Positions 10,645 to 23,809 of a stretch of 64,000 bases of DNA are shown here, in pieces. Source of the stretch: Squalus acanthias. Taxonomy: Eukaryota. A program made the position numbers and the translations under genes. The stretch's first letter is position 1. Each line of letters opens with the position of its first letter. The notes beneath the pieces are model-generated. The model did not search any database. It had not been told where the DNA came from and saw only the letters and a list, made by a program, of their open reading frames with translations. The stretch lies in assembly GCA_030390025.1 (NCBI GenBank), contig JASTWF010000340.1:186001-250000 (forward strand). The letters are read 5' to 3'.

Positions 10645-12860
10645 CAAAAAATGCTTGAAATAATCAACTGGTCAGACAGCATCTGTGGAGAGAGAAACAG
10701 TGTTAAGCTTTGAGGTCGATGATCCTTCGTCAGAACTGGAAAAATTGAGAGACGTAACAGGTGCAAAACAAGTGCACAGGTAGGGGGAGGGGAAGTCATA
10801 GAGTCATAGAGTTATGCTGCAGAGAAAGAGGCCCTTCGGCCCACCGTGTCCGCGCCGGCCATCAAGCCCTGTCTATTTTTATCTCATTTTCCAGCACTTG
10901 ATCCGTAGCCTTGTAAGCTGTGGCTTTTCAAGTGCTCAATTAAATGCTTCTTGAATGTTGTGACTGTTCCTGCCTCTACCACCCTTTCAGGCAGTGAGTT
11001 CCAGATTCCAAAGACCCACTGGGTGAAAAGGTTTTTCCTCAAATTCCCTGTAAACCTCCTGCCCCTTACCTTAAATCTATGCCCCCTGTTTCTTGACCCA
11101 TCTACTAAGGGGAAACGTTCCTTTATATCTACCCTATCTATACCTCTCATAATTTTGTACACCTCAATCAGCACCCCCCCCCCCCCCGCCCTCAGCCTTC
11201 TCTGTTCTAAGGAAAACAACCACAGCTTGACCAATCTCTCTTCATAGCTGAAGCGCTGCAGCCCAGGTAACATCCTGGTGAATCTCCTCTGCACCCTCTC
11301 CAATGAAATCACATCCTCGCTATAGTGTGGCGACCAAAACTGCACATAGTATTCCAGCTGTGGCCTAACTAGCGTTTTGTACAGCTCCATCAAAACCACC
11401 CTGCTGTTATATTCTATGCCTCGGCTAATGAAGGCAAGTATCCCATATGCATTTTTAAATAGCTTATCTAACTTGCCTGCTGCCTTCAGGGATCTATGTA
11501 CATGCACACCAAGGTCCCTCTGATCCTCTCTCCTTCATAGGATCTTATCATTCATTGTGTAGTCCCTTGCCTTGTTATGCCTCCCAAAATACATCACCTC
11601 ACACTTTTCAGGTTTAAATTCCATTTGCCACTATTCTGCCCATCTGGCCAACCCGTCTATATCGTCCTGTAGCCTGAAGCTTCCCTCCTCGCTATTTACC
11701 ACCCCACCAATTTCGAGTCATCTGTAAACTTACTGCTCATACCTCCTACATTCATATCTAAATCATTAATGTTGACTACAAACAGCAAAGGACCCGGCAC
11801 CGATCCCTGTGGTAAACCACCTGACACAGGCTTCCAGTCACAAAAACAACCTTCGACCATCACCCTCTGCCTCCTGCCACTGAGACTATTTTGGATCCAA
11901 TGTGCCAAGTTGCCCTGGATCCCATGGGCTTTTACCTTCTTGACCAGTCTCCCATGCGGGACTTTGTCAAAAGCCTTACTGAAGTCCATGTAGAACACAT
12001 AAACCACCCTCATTCACACACCTAGTTACCCCCTTAAAAAATTAAATCAAATTTGTCAGACATGATCTCCCCCTGACAAAGCCATGCTGACTATCCTTGA
12101 TCAATCCTTGCCTCTCCAAGTGGAGACTAATTCTGTCCCTCAGAACTTTTTCCAATAATTTCCCTATAACTGATGTTAGACTCACTGGCCTGTAATTCCC
12201 TGGTTTATCCCTACTACCCTTCTTGAATAATAGTACTACGTTAGCTGTTCTCCAGTACTCTGGCACCTCCCCTGTGGCCAGAGAGGTTCCGAATATTTAT
12301 GTCAGAGCCCCTGCAATCTCCTCCCTTGCCTCACACAACAGCCTGGGATTCATCTCGTCTTGGCCTCCGAATTTATCCACTTTTAAGCCTGCTAAAACCG
12401 CTGGTACCTCCTCCTTCTCAATATTAATTTGTTCAAGTATATCACAATCCCCCTGCCTGGGGAGGGGAGGAAAGAACAAAAGGGAAGATCTATGATCGGG
12501 TAGAAGTCAGGAGTGATTAAATGACATAATGATATGTATGTACAAAGTAAAAGGAGATGTTAATTGGACAAGTAAATTAGCAAAATATGTGTCTAGAAGA
12601 GGTGTAAATGATAATGGCAGAACATCAACAGCGGCAAACTGAAAGAAATAGATGCAGAGATTATGGACTGAAATCGTTGAAATCGATGACGTTTTCATAT
12701 GGCAGCAATGTGACTAAGCGAAAGGTGATGTGCTGTTCCTCGAGCTTACGTTGAGCTTCGCTGGAACACTGTCAGAGGCCGAGGACAGAGCGGCCAGAGT
12801 GGGAGTGGATAAGAGAAGTAAATTGGCCGGTGAAAAGGAAGCTCGGGGGCAGGCTGTGGA
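10645..12860 (-). mobile_element. Penelope-like (MER6-like 3' end) fragment split by a CR1 insertion
   Basis: Reverse strand of 12720-12860 reads ...QCSSEAQRKLEEQHITFRL (GIY-YIG C-terminus); 10645-10740 carries a degenerate hammerhead-type motif CTGACGA-AGGATCATCGACCT-CAAAGCTT. Confidence 0.6.
10794..12458 (-). mobile_element. 5'-truncated CR1 LINE (RT region)
   Basis: ORFs with NYRPVSLTS, DFSKAFDKVPH, PQGSV and SKFTDD; flanked by a ggggagggga direct repeat (10784-10793/12459-12468). Confidence 0.9.
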
Positions 12861-13326
12861 TTACTAGTCCAGTAACTAACCCACAATGCTGGTTTGTCCA
12901 AGAAACAAATCCAAAAGCTTACTATAAGTAAAACTAAACCAACAACTTTAAACTTATGACATTAAAACAAGTTCTAATGCTAATATATATGTATACACAG
13001 CTAGGGTATCTTGCCCTTGGGAGTTCCTGAAGCTCTTCACAGGCACTGGATAAGTTTTCAAATGTCGTCATTACTGCAACGTCGGAAAACGCGGCAGCGA
13101 ATTCGTGCAGAATGTGGAAGCCAAGGTTGCATTTGCCAAGGCTGTTTGCAGCATTTGCAGCTTATGTTGGTGCAAATAAAATTGATTTGAAAGTTTTGTT
13201 GCAGGTTTTTGCGCTTATTGCAAGCAGTATGTTCATGTATGTAAAGTGTAAAGTGTGATAAAAATAAGTGCAATGTGATTCTGGGTAGCAATTGATGATT
13301 TTTTTTTGTGCAAATAAGAATGCAAA

Positions 13327-13391
13327 TAGCAGAAGATGGCTTCGATCCATCGAGCTCTGGGTCTAACATGCTTCCGCTGTGCCACTCTGCT
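13327..13391 (-). pseudogene. tRNA-iMet pseudogene (anticodon loop deleted)
   Basis: Reverse complement AGCAGAGTGGCACAGCGGAAGCATGTTAGACCCAGAGCTCGATGGATCGAAGCCATCTTCTGCTA matches vertebrate initiator tRNA, including the diagnostic GATCG T-loop; ~7 nt including CAT are missing. Confidence 0.8.
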
Positions 13392-15519
13392 GCGGGGGTC
13401 TGTCGATCACTAGCTGTCTGTCAGTGCTGTGAGTTAGCGACACATATTCAAGCCTCCAGGCTAAATTGAAAGGGATCGCATTCCCATCAAGTCGCCCAGA
13501 ATTCCGGACACAGCAACACAGGTGTTGGGAGGCTCACCCTGGCTACATAATGTCACTAGGACACTCAGTATTACACCACCCACAATGGGACAGACACAGA
13601 ATGACACACAGAAAACCAGCAAAGGACTTTCAGGACACACAAAGGGAGGGTCAGAGAAAGACAATGAGGAAAGCCGAGAGACACAGACAAACAGACTTCT
13701 TAAACTTTCGATGCTGACATTTACGTTCACTCACACGTCTCCAACCGCGCTGTGTCTCAGTTACTCAGAGAATCCAAAAGTTTTACAATTTTGTTTCTTC
13801 CATTGCTTGCAATCTATCGACCGCGCCACGCTTGCTACCACTCTCACAACCACCATCTCACCGCCGCTTCCCCGTTTGCCGGTTGAACAGCACCTCCCAT
13901 CTGCTCTTGCCGTCCAATCCGATCAATTTAACAAGAATATATTCTCAGCCTGACACAGAGGGAGGAATAGACTGAATTTTAGGCGGCGTTACATTTCCCA
14001 GAGAGCAGTCAGCCTCTGGAATGCGTTGCCGGCCAGTGTTGTGGTTGCTGACTCTCTGATCGCCTTCAAGAAGGATGGGAAAACACATGGCAGATGGAAG
14101 TTAACGCAGAGAAGTGTGGCGTGATATATTTTGTTGGGACGAATGAGGAGAGGCAATATGAACGAAATAGTACAATTTTAAAGGGGTGCATGAACAGAGA
14201 GATCTGGAGGTGTATGTGGACAAATCTTTGAAGGTGGCAGGACACGGCTGTTAAAAAGCACATGCGATGCTTGGCTTTATCAGTAGAGGAAAAGAGAAAA
14301 AAAGTCAATAAGTTATTCTAAATATTCATAAAACACTGGTTAGCTTCAGCGGGAGTATTGTTTTGAATTATGGGCATAAACTTTGGGCAAAATGGCAAGG
14401 CTTTGGAGAGGGTGCAGTGGAGATTTCTAGAATAGTAGCAGGGTTAAGGGATAAAAGTTATGTGGAGAGATTGGAGATCCTGGGATTGTTCTCCTTAGCG
14501 CAGAGACAGTTAACGGGAGACTTAATGGAGATATTCAAAACATTAGGGGGTTTGATAGAGCAAGTAGGGAAACTATTTCCTCTGACAACTGGAATGGTAA
14601 CCAGACATCATAGTTGCAATATATATTGTTGCACAGACGGTTGTTAAGTACAGGAACGAGTTACCTAAAAAGATAGTAGAGTCAGATTCCACAGCAACTT
14701 CAAAAAGCAATTGGAAATTTATTGGAAAAGAACTAATTTGCAGGGTTCTGGCAAAACGCTGGGGTGAGGGATGAATAGCCGGCATAGGCACGACATTACA
14801 ATTAGCCCCTGTTGTGCTGTAATATTCAATGATTTTAACACCTCCATAATGTTCAAGGCCTAAATGAGCTCTCCTCTCAGTCTACTTTATCCAAGAACGA
14901 AGAGGCCAAACAATTCTACAAGTCTTCATTCTCATTTCCCCTTTCTCTGTTCTCGGAGTGACGAGGCCAGAATTCTTCTCTTCACCCACAGTTGCATCAG
15001 CTGCTCCTGCTTCAGCACAGACCTGGAACACAAATGGAGATTGGAAATGTAAGGCTCCCAATCCGTCTCTCCTTCAATGCCGCAAATCATCGGTTGGGGG
15101 TGCCAGGTTCAATCCCTAACAGCCCCAAAATGTAAATTTTTCGCCATAGTTTTCTGCAAAATGTTGTGTTTTGAGTTTCAACATCTGAGACTTTGTTGAA
15201 ACGTTTCTTCGATTTCTTAAAATCTAATGACCGCGCCACGCTTGCTGCCACTCTCGCACACACCATCGCTAAGCCGCTTACCCGTTCGCCATTCCAAACT
15301 TCCCGGTTGAACATTCCCTGTGCTCCAATCCGATCATAGAGTCATAGAGTCATATATTCATAAGGGCAGAGGAGGCCATTTGGCCCATCGAGACAGTGCC
15401 GGCTCTCTGTAGAGCCAACCAGTCAGTCCCATTCACCCGCTCTATCCCCGTAGCGTTGCAAATTGATTTCCCACAAGTGCCGATCCAGTCTCCCCTTGAA
15501 AACATTGCGTGTATCCGCT

Positions 15520-16310
15520 TCCGTCGTTCTTCTTTTTAGGCATTCCTCGGAATCGAGGATGACTTGATCCCCACTAGAAATGAGTTCTCAGGTTACTGAT
15601 GAGTTCAATGCGGGACCTATAGTCTCTGTCACAGGAGGGGCATGCGGTGGTTGAAGGGGCGGCTCGGTGGGGTGCTTGGGTTGACGCGCGCTCCTTGCGC
15701 ATGGCTTCCGTTTGCTCCCGGCGAAGAGACTCGAGGTGTTCGGCGCCTTCCCGGATGCTTCTCCTCAACTTTGTGCGATCTTGGGCCAGGGATTCCCAGG
15801 TGTCGGTGGGGGTGTAGCGCTTTTTCAAGGAGGCTTTGAGGGTGTCCTTGAAGCGTTTCCTCTGCCCAACTTGGGCTCTCTTGCCGTGTCGGAGCTCCGA
15901 GTAGAGCGCTTGTTTTGGGAGTCTCGTATCGGTCATGCCGACGATGTGACCCGTCCATCGGAGCTGATTGAGCGTGGTCATATCTTCGATTCAGGGGAAG
16001 TTGGCCTTAGCGAGATCACTGACGTTGGTGCCCCTATCCTGCTATTGGATTTGCAGGATCTTGCGGAGGCTGCGTTGCTGGTACCTCTCCAGCGCTCTGA
16101 GGCGACTGCTTTACATCGTCCATGTCTCTTAAGCAAACAGGAGGGCATGTATCACTACTGCTCTGAAGACCATGAGCTTGGTGCTGGGTTTGTGTACTGG
16201 TCTTCAAAAACTCTCTAACTCAGGCGGCCGAAGGCTGCACTGGCACACTGAAGGGCGTGCTGAACTTTGTCATCGACGTCTGCCATAGTCGACAGTAGGT
16301 ACCCGAGGTA
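15520..16310 (-). mobile_element. RTE-clade LINE 3' fragment
   Basis: QLRWTGHIVGM.DTRLPKQALYSEL..GKR..GQRKRFKDTLKASLK...WESLAQDR and a C-terminal CxxC; (gaa)n-like tail. Confidence 0.85.
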
Positions 16311-16804
16311 TGGAAGATGGTCCACGGGTTCCACCACTTCCTTCGGCAGCACATTCCAGGTCTTCAACTCACACTGCGTGAAAAAAGTTTTTCGACACGT
16401 CCCTCCTGTGTTTCTTGCCAAATACCTTAAATCTGTGTCCCCTAGTACTGGTACCATCAGCACAGTCATGACGGGGCGAATGGCTCCTGCTGTGCTGTAA
16501 GATTCTGTGATTATATGTTTGTAATCGCTTCATAATGTTAAAGATCTCCATGAGGTCACCTCTTAGTCTCCTCTTTCCCTGAGGGAAGATCCCAAGAAGA
16601 CCCCCATGTCTTCCTTCTCAACGGCACTTTTCAGTTCACTGACAGCTGCGCTCTGGTTTCTTCTCTTCACCCACACTTGTATCAGGTGCACATACTTCAG
16701 TCCATAATTGGAGCACAAATGGAGATAATTTTAAGAATTAAGAAGACATTAAGAATGTAAGGAACTCAGTCCTTCTATCCTTGATGTCATTCGCATTGTG
16801 TCCC

Positions 16805-16856
16805 GTGCATGTAGCTCAGTGGTATGCGAGCCTAAATTCAATCCCCAGCACCTCCA
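16805..16856 (+). pseudogene. tRNA-Ala remnant lacking the anticodon arm
   Basis: 5' atgtagctcagtggta and 3' ttcaatccccagcacctcca match the ends of tRNA-Ala; the middle is deleted. Confidence 0.6.
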
Positions 16857-17271
16857 AGCATTTGTTTTAACCACAGTTGCTGAAAGTTGCTATATGACGG
16901 CCGCAGGTTCCAACATCTGTGGCTCCAGAAACATTCAATTGGCCGGAGCTGGTCTTCACCCCCTGAGTCCCATACTGACCGGATTGTGTGACGTCACAAT
17001 GCTGAGCGAGCAGCCACTGCTCTTATTCCTTTTTGACTCCCTGTGGTTCTTCCATCTGCACTTTCTGATTCAGCGATCGGATTTCAGCTTGGACACTGAA
17101 CGTTCGCCATTGCATTTATGCCACAGACCTGTTTTTGAAATGTTCAAAGAGGAGCAGAAACCTTGTGAACAGAAAGCGATTTAAAAGCAGTGAGCCCTCG
17201 GCATCGCTGGGCAGCTGGTTTTCGGTGAGAGACAATAGAAATTACATTCACAATTGGCATCACAAAGTGGT

Positions 17272-17344
17272 TGGAGAGGCTTAAGATTAGAACACGAGAT
17301 CTCGTACATTCAAAGCATGCGCTCTAACACTGAGCGACATCCCC
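17272..17344 (-). pseudogene. tRNA-Ala(TGC)-derived pseudogene
   Basis: Reverse complement GGGGATGTCGCTCAGTGTTAGAGCGCATGCTTTGAATGTACGAGATCTCGTGTTCTAATCTTAAGCCTCTCCA; full length but D loop, T loop and anticodon (TGA) are mutated. Confidence 0.75.
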
Positions 17345-18139
17345 ACTGACAGCTTAGCATGCAAACTTTGGACAGAGAGGGAAGCACTACTCTCTGAGGG
17401 CTGCTGTTTGCTTCTTTGAGCGCCTCTCCCGCAGACTCATCGCCTCCAATGATTTAATTATACCGCAGCAGGACTTGATCTCAGGCTCCTGGAAACAGCT
17501 CAGTTCACGAAGCCTGGACCAACAACGGGTAGTGCCGGAATATGTGACGGTGTCCACGGCGAGCGAGCCGCCCCTGTTGTTCCTCATTGGCTCCCTGTGA
17601 TTGGCCCTCTCACTTTCTGAATCACAGTTCAAATTTCAGCCCAGTCTTCAGATCTCGCTTTTGCAAGGCCGCTGACCGCTGCTCCACACAAAGTTTGTAA
17701 TTTACCTTTTGGCGCGAGTGTAAAATGGGCGATATCGGCTTAGCCGCCCCTTAGAGGAAACATTTGGACGGGAAAGAGGGCGGAAAGTATGGCCTTTTAG
17801 GGCGCTTTAGGGGGAAAGGTATTGCCACCCTGTTTCAGTAAAAAGAAAAAAGGAAGTCTTCCATTTCACGACCTCAGTACACACGTTACAGTCAATGAAG
17901 TACATTTTGAAGTGCAGTCACTGTTGCAATGTCGGAAACGCGGCATCCAATTTTGCACAGCAAGGTCCCAGAAATAGCAATGTGATAATGTCGAGATGAT
18001 CTGTTTTAATGATGTTGGTTGAGAGATAAACATTGTCCAGAACACCGGGGAGTACTCCGCTGCGATTTATCTAATAGTGCCATGGGAAACTTTATGTCTA
18101 CCGGAGAGGGTTGGCGGGGCCTCGGTTTAACATCTCATC

Positions 18140-18565
18140 CAATTTTGGTCTTCTTATCTGAGCAAGGAGATACTTGCCTTTGGAGCATCGCAACAAAGGG
18201 TTAATAGATTCATTCCTGGGATGAGAAGGTTGTCCTCTAAGGAGAGATTGTGTTGATTGGGCCTGTACTCTCTGGTGTTTAGAAGAATGGGAGGTGATCT
18301 CACTGTAACAAATACAATTCTGTTGGAGATTGACAGGGCAGATGTTAAGAAGTTGTTACTCAAGGCTGGAGAGTCCAGAAGTAGGAAACATAATCTCAGG
18401 ATAAGTGGCCGGTCATTTAAGATTGAGATGAGGAGAAATATCTTCATTCAGATGGCTTTGAATCTTTGGAATTCTCTACCCCAGAGGGCTGTGGATGCTG
18501 AATGGTTGAGCATATTCAAGGCTGAGCTGCATTGATTTTTGACTCTAGGGGAATCAAGCAAAATA
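18140..18565 (+). mobile_element. CR1 LINE 3' fragment
   Basis: GLYSLVFRRMGGDL...LWNSLPQ. Confidence 0.75.
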
Positions 18566-20215
18566 TATCGTCTCATATGGCTCGATCTCGATTTTTTTCT
18601 GATTACTTTCCTGTGAGCCGCCTTGGACCGTTTTACTATGTTAAGGAAAAGATATTAATGCAAGTTGTTGTTGTTGAACTTTCCAATCTCATGGGGCCTT
18701 GTGGTAAATACACAAACACCACTACTGTGTCAATAGACCTCTGTGAAACTGTAATGCATTTATTCAGATATTGCAAGCATGCCATTGCTGTACGATCAAA
18801 CGCGTATGATCTTATAAAGTTATTAAATCATCTTCAATGCCGTTAATAGTAATAATTATTTCCTGCAACAAAACATCACCCGGTCGGAGCACAGAGAGTA
18901 AAATCTGGCGGGGCTGCGTGGAATCGCACAGTTTTAACAGAATAAAACCCCTTTACTATCAATGAAAGGAAAGTCAATCCCGTTCCTCAAGTTGCGCGCG
19001 ATTTTCTGCACCATATTTACCTTTCGCTGCTCTGCTCAGGTGAAAATTAACGCCCAGTCAGTAAAAGCAAAAACAAATTTTACACTAATTTATTTAGAGC
19101 AGATGTCACTTCCTGGAGCAAACTCCAGCAGTAAAGGAGATGGCAAAGATGCTCATGATGTTTACTAATCTATTCTAATTTCCCCAAAGTGAGATCCGTT
19201 CTGCAATGTGCAAGCTTAGTAAGAAGGTTTATTTTTATTAAAGTACCGCTTCTTCCCTCCTGCTGCATGGTGTGTCCGAAAGTATTCGCAAAATTTTGCA
19301 ACCCCCAATCTCGTGGTTAATCGATTATTCAAATTCATGGATTGGGGTCAAGCTTGCATTTTGCGGCCGGCTACGCAGAAGCAGCGATTCAGTCACAATT
19401 ATCTCAATGAACATGGAAAAAAAGGATTGAATTTAAGATTGAGTTGTACAAATCCTTGGTCAGACCCAATTTGGAATACTGCGGTTAGTTCAGGGCCTCG
19501 TAATTCAGGAAAAATACATTGGCTTTGGGGGTGGTGCAGAGCAGTTCCTCAAAATGATACCGGGGATTAGAGGGTTAAATTCTGAGGACAGGTTGCATTG
19601 ACTTGGATTGTTTTCCCTTGAGTGCAGGAGATAATTGTGTAAATTAATCATGGCCCTTAAAATGTTTAAACTATCTGATAGGTTGGATACAGTTAAACAA
19701 TTTTTTCTGGTAATTAAATTTTTCACAATCTAATCTTAAAATTAGAGTTAGGCCATGCAGAAGCAAATTCAGGAAGCACACTTTCACACAAAATTTGTAG
19801 AAATTTGGAACTTTACCCGCATAAAAGCACTGTGTGCTGGGGGACAATAGGAGATTTCGAGATTGAGAATGAACAGCTTTTTTTAGGTCAGGGTATCAAA
19901 TGTTTGAGCGGAATCCAGGTAAATGGAGTTGAGGTTCAGATCAACCAGGATCTCATTCCATAGAGAAGATCGAGGGTCTGAATGTCCTGCTCCTGGTTAC
20001 CATGTTCCAAAATGGTCGTTTAAATTAGGTGCAAATTAAACTAATTGCCAGGAGTGGGGTCGGACACTTCTCTCAGATAACATTTCTATAGATGTCTATT
20101 TCCAAACACAAAGTCTCTCTGGATAATATTGTAATGGGTGAAATGCTGATGACCATCACATTGCCCGGCACTGTTGAGATGGGCGAGCCTGGTGTCCGGG
20201 AGATCTGCAAATGTT

Positions 20216-20281
20216 CTACAGCTTCACCGCTGCGTAAATGATGGAGTCCTCACCGAGGGTTATGACGGTGTCTCGCTGACG
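20216..20281 (-). CDS. Ig-like receptor terminal exon with ITIM (RQRDTVITLGEDSIIYAAVKL*)
   Basis: Branch-point CTGAC and acceptor tttatttcag|; phase 0; IIYAAV fits the ITIM consensus [ILVS]xYxx[LV] two residues before the stop. Confidence 0.65.
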   Translation of the reverse strand, partial: RQRDTVITLGEDSIIYAAVKL

Positions 20282-22249
20282 CTGAAATAAACGGTGCAAT
20301 TGGTCAGAAATTCAATCGAACAACTACACCCTGGTAACAGTTCAGCGAAATTCTATCAGCAGATGCTTCGCGGCAGAAGCCGATAATGTCAAAAGCGGCA
20401 TTGTTCCATTGAGCAGTGGTTAACGGGGAATATTCCGCTGCTCTACAGGGTATTAACTGTCTGCTGAGAGTTACATTTTCAGATGAAGTAATCACCTCAG
20501 GTAATGCTGCTGGTTTAAAAGCAAGAAGGGACTCTCGAGCAGCAGCAGGGAAACAGGAGATGCTGGAAACAGAGAGCGGTAGGAACTTTCTAGTTGATCA
20601 GAGGCGCTAAAGGGGCGATAAGGGTTCGGCCACCGGTCACATTGACTTCGATGCAAAGGGAAATTGGGAGGGTTTACAATGGACGGCTGAATCCAGATCA
20701 CCGTTTTCGCCCACTCTAACTCAAAGGTTCCAGCGGCTATTTCTGACTGCATCAGAAAATGAAGGGACAACTTAACATTCCAGGCGGATACAACGATGGT
20801 GGGTGTAAGACCTGGAAACCGCACATCGGTTCAGTGGGGAAATTGAAAATATTCTTGTTTACATCACAATGCTCTGCATATTCCACACATTAACCAAGAG
20901 TTAAACTGTAACTGCTGTACACTGTCCAGATTCGGTTGTACAGGAGTGTATTTGCAGCTGCATTCGTGGTAATTGAACTCTGACATTTCCCTTCAGTTCC
21001 TATAGCGGGAGCAAATCTACGCCTCACCCTGCAAAGATTCGTGTTCTATTGGAAATAAATTGTTCAATCCGCTTAGACAAACAGATATCCGTTCACTATT
21101 CTTTATTGGACATTTTTCTGTCGCCGTTTTAAGACCTGTTGAAGTGTGATCAAAAACGTATTTGGCCTCATGAATATTAATTACTGGACAAGACAATTGT
21201 GACATATCAAAAGAACAAGAACTCTGTGAGAGAAAGCAACAACATATTTGGAAACATATTTCCAGGAGCAGGAATGAGCGAGATAAAATACAAAATCAAT
21301 GGAAACAATAACGTCGCAGTGCATTTATAACTTACAGCGTTTTCTCTCGGCAATGTTTGCAGATTAAGAACAGTACCTAAATAAAACAAAACACAAAAAA
21401 GGCTGGATTGATGTTTAAATACTAAAAGCATTTCCCTCTTTTATTAAACATTTTTATGCCTATGGAGGTTTTGTTGATCATCATATGGATGGGACAGAAT
21501 CTCCACTCTCAATAGTGGGAACCAGCTGGTCATTGACAACCACCAATGGGTATTTGACTACCGAATAGGAAGTGAATGGACCTCCTATGCTGAGCTTCCC
21601 TTCCCACTTCCTCTCCTTCTCCAGGGAGTGGATGGTTTGGCCGAGGTTTCTCTCGACATGGGCAGTGGATATGAGCTTTGTGACTTGATGTTTCTCGGAA
21701 AATCAGTGATGCAGCGATAGCTTGTCTATTATTGTATGTCCTGTGATCTCAATGAGTGCTAAACTGTATCGATTGTTCAATATTAATGTATTTTTATCCA
21801 TGATAATAATTTTAGCAATTTGAATAAGGAAATACTAAATTCCAAAATATTTATATGGCTTTTGCATATTGAAATAATGCAGGCATCTTGCTACCTGTCA
21901 ACACAATCTTACTTCCTGTTGTAAAGATTCTGTCATCCTTTTTGTTCAACCTTTTTTCCTTATAATAACTTATGTGAACATTTATGCTGGAAACATTCTG
22001 TGTAAATTTCTCACACTGTAGTTACACGTTCTCACCACTGGCGGCACTATAGCACATTGACCTGTACTGTAGAGGAAGATCGATGCTCCATCCAACCCGA
22101 TGTGTTAGCTTCACAATTTGGCAATGGTTTTGCAATTTCATGTTAAATAATAATAAAATGTGAAGTATTGTACAAAATGGAAAGACTGCCAGCATTGGAA
22201 TGTAATTATATCTGTGTACCCTGGTCCAGTAATCCAGTACCCTAGAATA

Positions 22250-22435
22250 GCAAAAAGTGAAATGAGCGCACGTCAATCCAAGCACCCCACCAACCCGCCC
22301 CTTCAACCAACGTCTGCCCCACCTGTGACAGAGATTGTAGGTCCCGCATTGGACTCCTGAGTCACCTGAGAACTCATTTTTAGTGTGGAAGTAAGTCATC
22401 CTCGGTTCCGAGTGATTGCCTAAGAAGAAGAAGAC
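22250..22435 (+). mobile_element. RTE LINE 3' end
   Basis: Same family as 15520-15700; ends in (aag)n. Confidence 0.7.
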
Positions 22436-23134
22436 TCTGCAATTCTGCACTTGAAATCCTTACATAGTCCGAACAACACGTGCCCAATGCGCTGCGAATT
22501 CGATGAGCAGTACAATAAAAATCTTATGTGTGCTCTTTATAAAAACGCACTTCCGATTGTAATCAGTTGTCACACTTTTGCTTCACGTTGTCCATTTTAA
22601 ATTATCTGCTCTATTCACTTGCAGAATCAAAATCTGCCGATAGAAATTGGCCATGCTGTAATTACAGCTATCCACCAGTGGTGGCGTGGTGCAACTTCTC
22701 AGCATGTTTGCAAAAACCTGTGATGCTATCACCGACTCTACTTGCTTCAGCATTAGCCAACTATTTTACTACTTTACAGTAAATATATAAATATTTTGAA
22801 CAACGCATGATCAGACTTCCTATTATAAACAAATAAGCACAGTGGGTCGGAAGTAAATAGGGGTTTGGTTTACATCTATGTACCGGGGTCCAACGATCTG
22901 TTTCCGACTATCCTCTCTGCATCTGTTGACTACACTCGCTCATCACTCCCTGTCTGAAACATCACTTTAATTGAATGATGAAAATATAAATTCGGAGTTT
23001 ATTTTGATTCTTGGTCAGATGCACTAAATGTTTCAGAATGATTGACAGTATATGTGTTTCACAGTTGTGTTGCTAAATACAATAAAAAGTCTACAAACGG
23101 TTAATAGAAATGAAGTAATAACATTGTCTCATAC

Positions 23135-23145
23135 CTTTTCGTTAA
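23135..23145 (-). CDS. Ig-like receptor cytoplasmic micro-exon (11 nt)
   Basis: gttttgcag|TTAACGAAAAG|gtatga; phase 1 to 0, continues the frame (I N E K). Confidence 0.5.
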
Positions 23146-23221
23146 CTGCAAAACAAGCTAAATGCTAACAGGAATTCTGGTTGCACGAATACAAAACTGA
23201 ACTTACATGTTATGGTCTCAC

Positions 23222-23250
23222 TGCTTTGGTCACCAGCTGGCGCTGTGTTC
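23222..23250 (-). CDS. Ig-like receptor cytoplasmic micro-exon (29 nt)
   Basis: ttgttttaag|...|gtgaga; phase 2 to 1, reads (W)NTAPAGDQS. Confidence 0.55.
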
Positions 23251-23809
23251 CTTAAAACAACATACATCGTCAATCAATCATTTTATTTTCGATGGCACAG
23301 GTCATTAAATTCTTGAGAAAGGTGTTGATTGGATTTCAGACATGGATCCCGTGTTCTATGTAGAAGTGTCTCTCTGCCCACGTCCTGGAACATATGTTTA
23401 TCCAACTGTCCCCAGGACAGGTTATTCCTTAGAATGTTACTTTGTTGCCCTTGAACTAATGATTTGTTTGACGCCTAGGGCGATTAATGAGGACCTATCT
23501 CCTACTCTCCCCATGTGGAGCGGCACCGTTAAATAGTTTGTGAATATTTCCTACCGTTGGATAATCTTTTTGTCGCGCACAGTTTCCATTGGGCTAAAAA
23601 TAAGAATTTGATGAAATCGTCACAAACGGTTTCGCGATATCGTTTCAGTGAGCACACAGAGGGATTTCTTCTCTCATTGACCCATCGTTAGTATGGGATC
23701 CCAGATGAGAAAGGCTATAGCTTAATGAGATATTGAATAATAACACATTTAAAGGGATTTAGAGCAGATGCAAGCAAAATGATTGAAGTAAGTGAAACCT
23801 GCCTGGATT

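Noticed and set aside
17272..17344. Functional tRNA-Ser(TGA) or a recoded tRNA
   Set aside because: The backbone is tRNA-Ala with disrupted D and T arms and no long variable arm; the anticodon change is best explained as decay.
22022..22450. 142-aa minus-strand ORF as the receptor tail (ending YRSMCYSAASGENV)
   Set aside because: Much of it is antisense RTE sequence and it has no clear motif; the ITIM exon at 20216-20281 is a better terminus.
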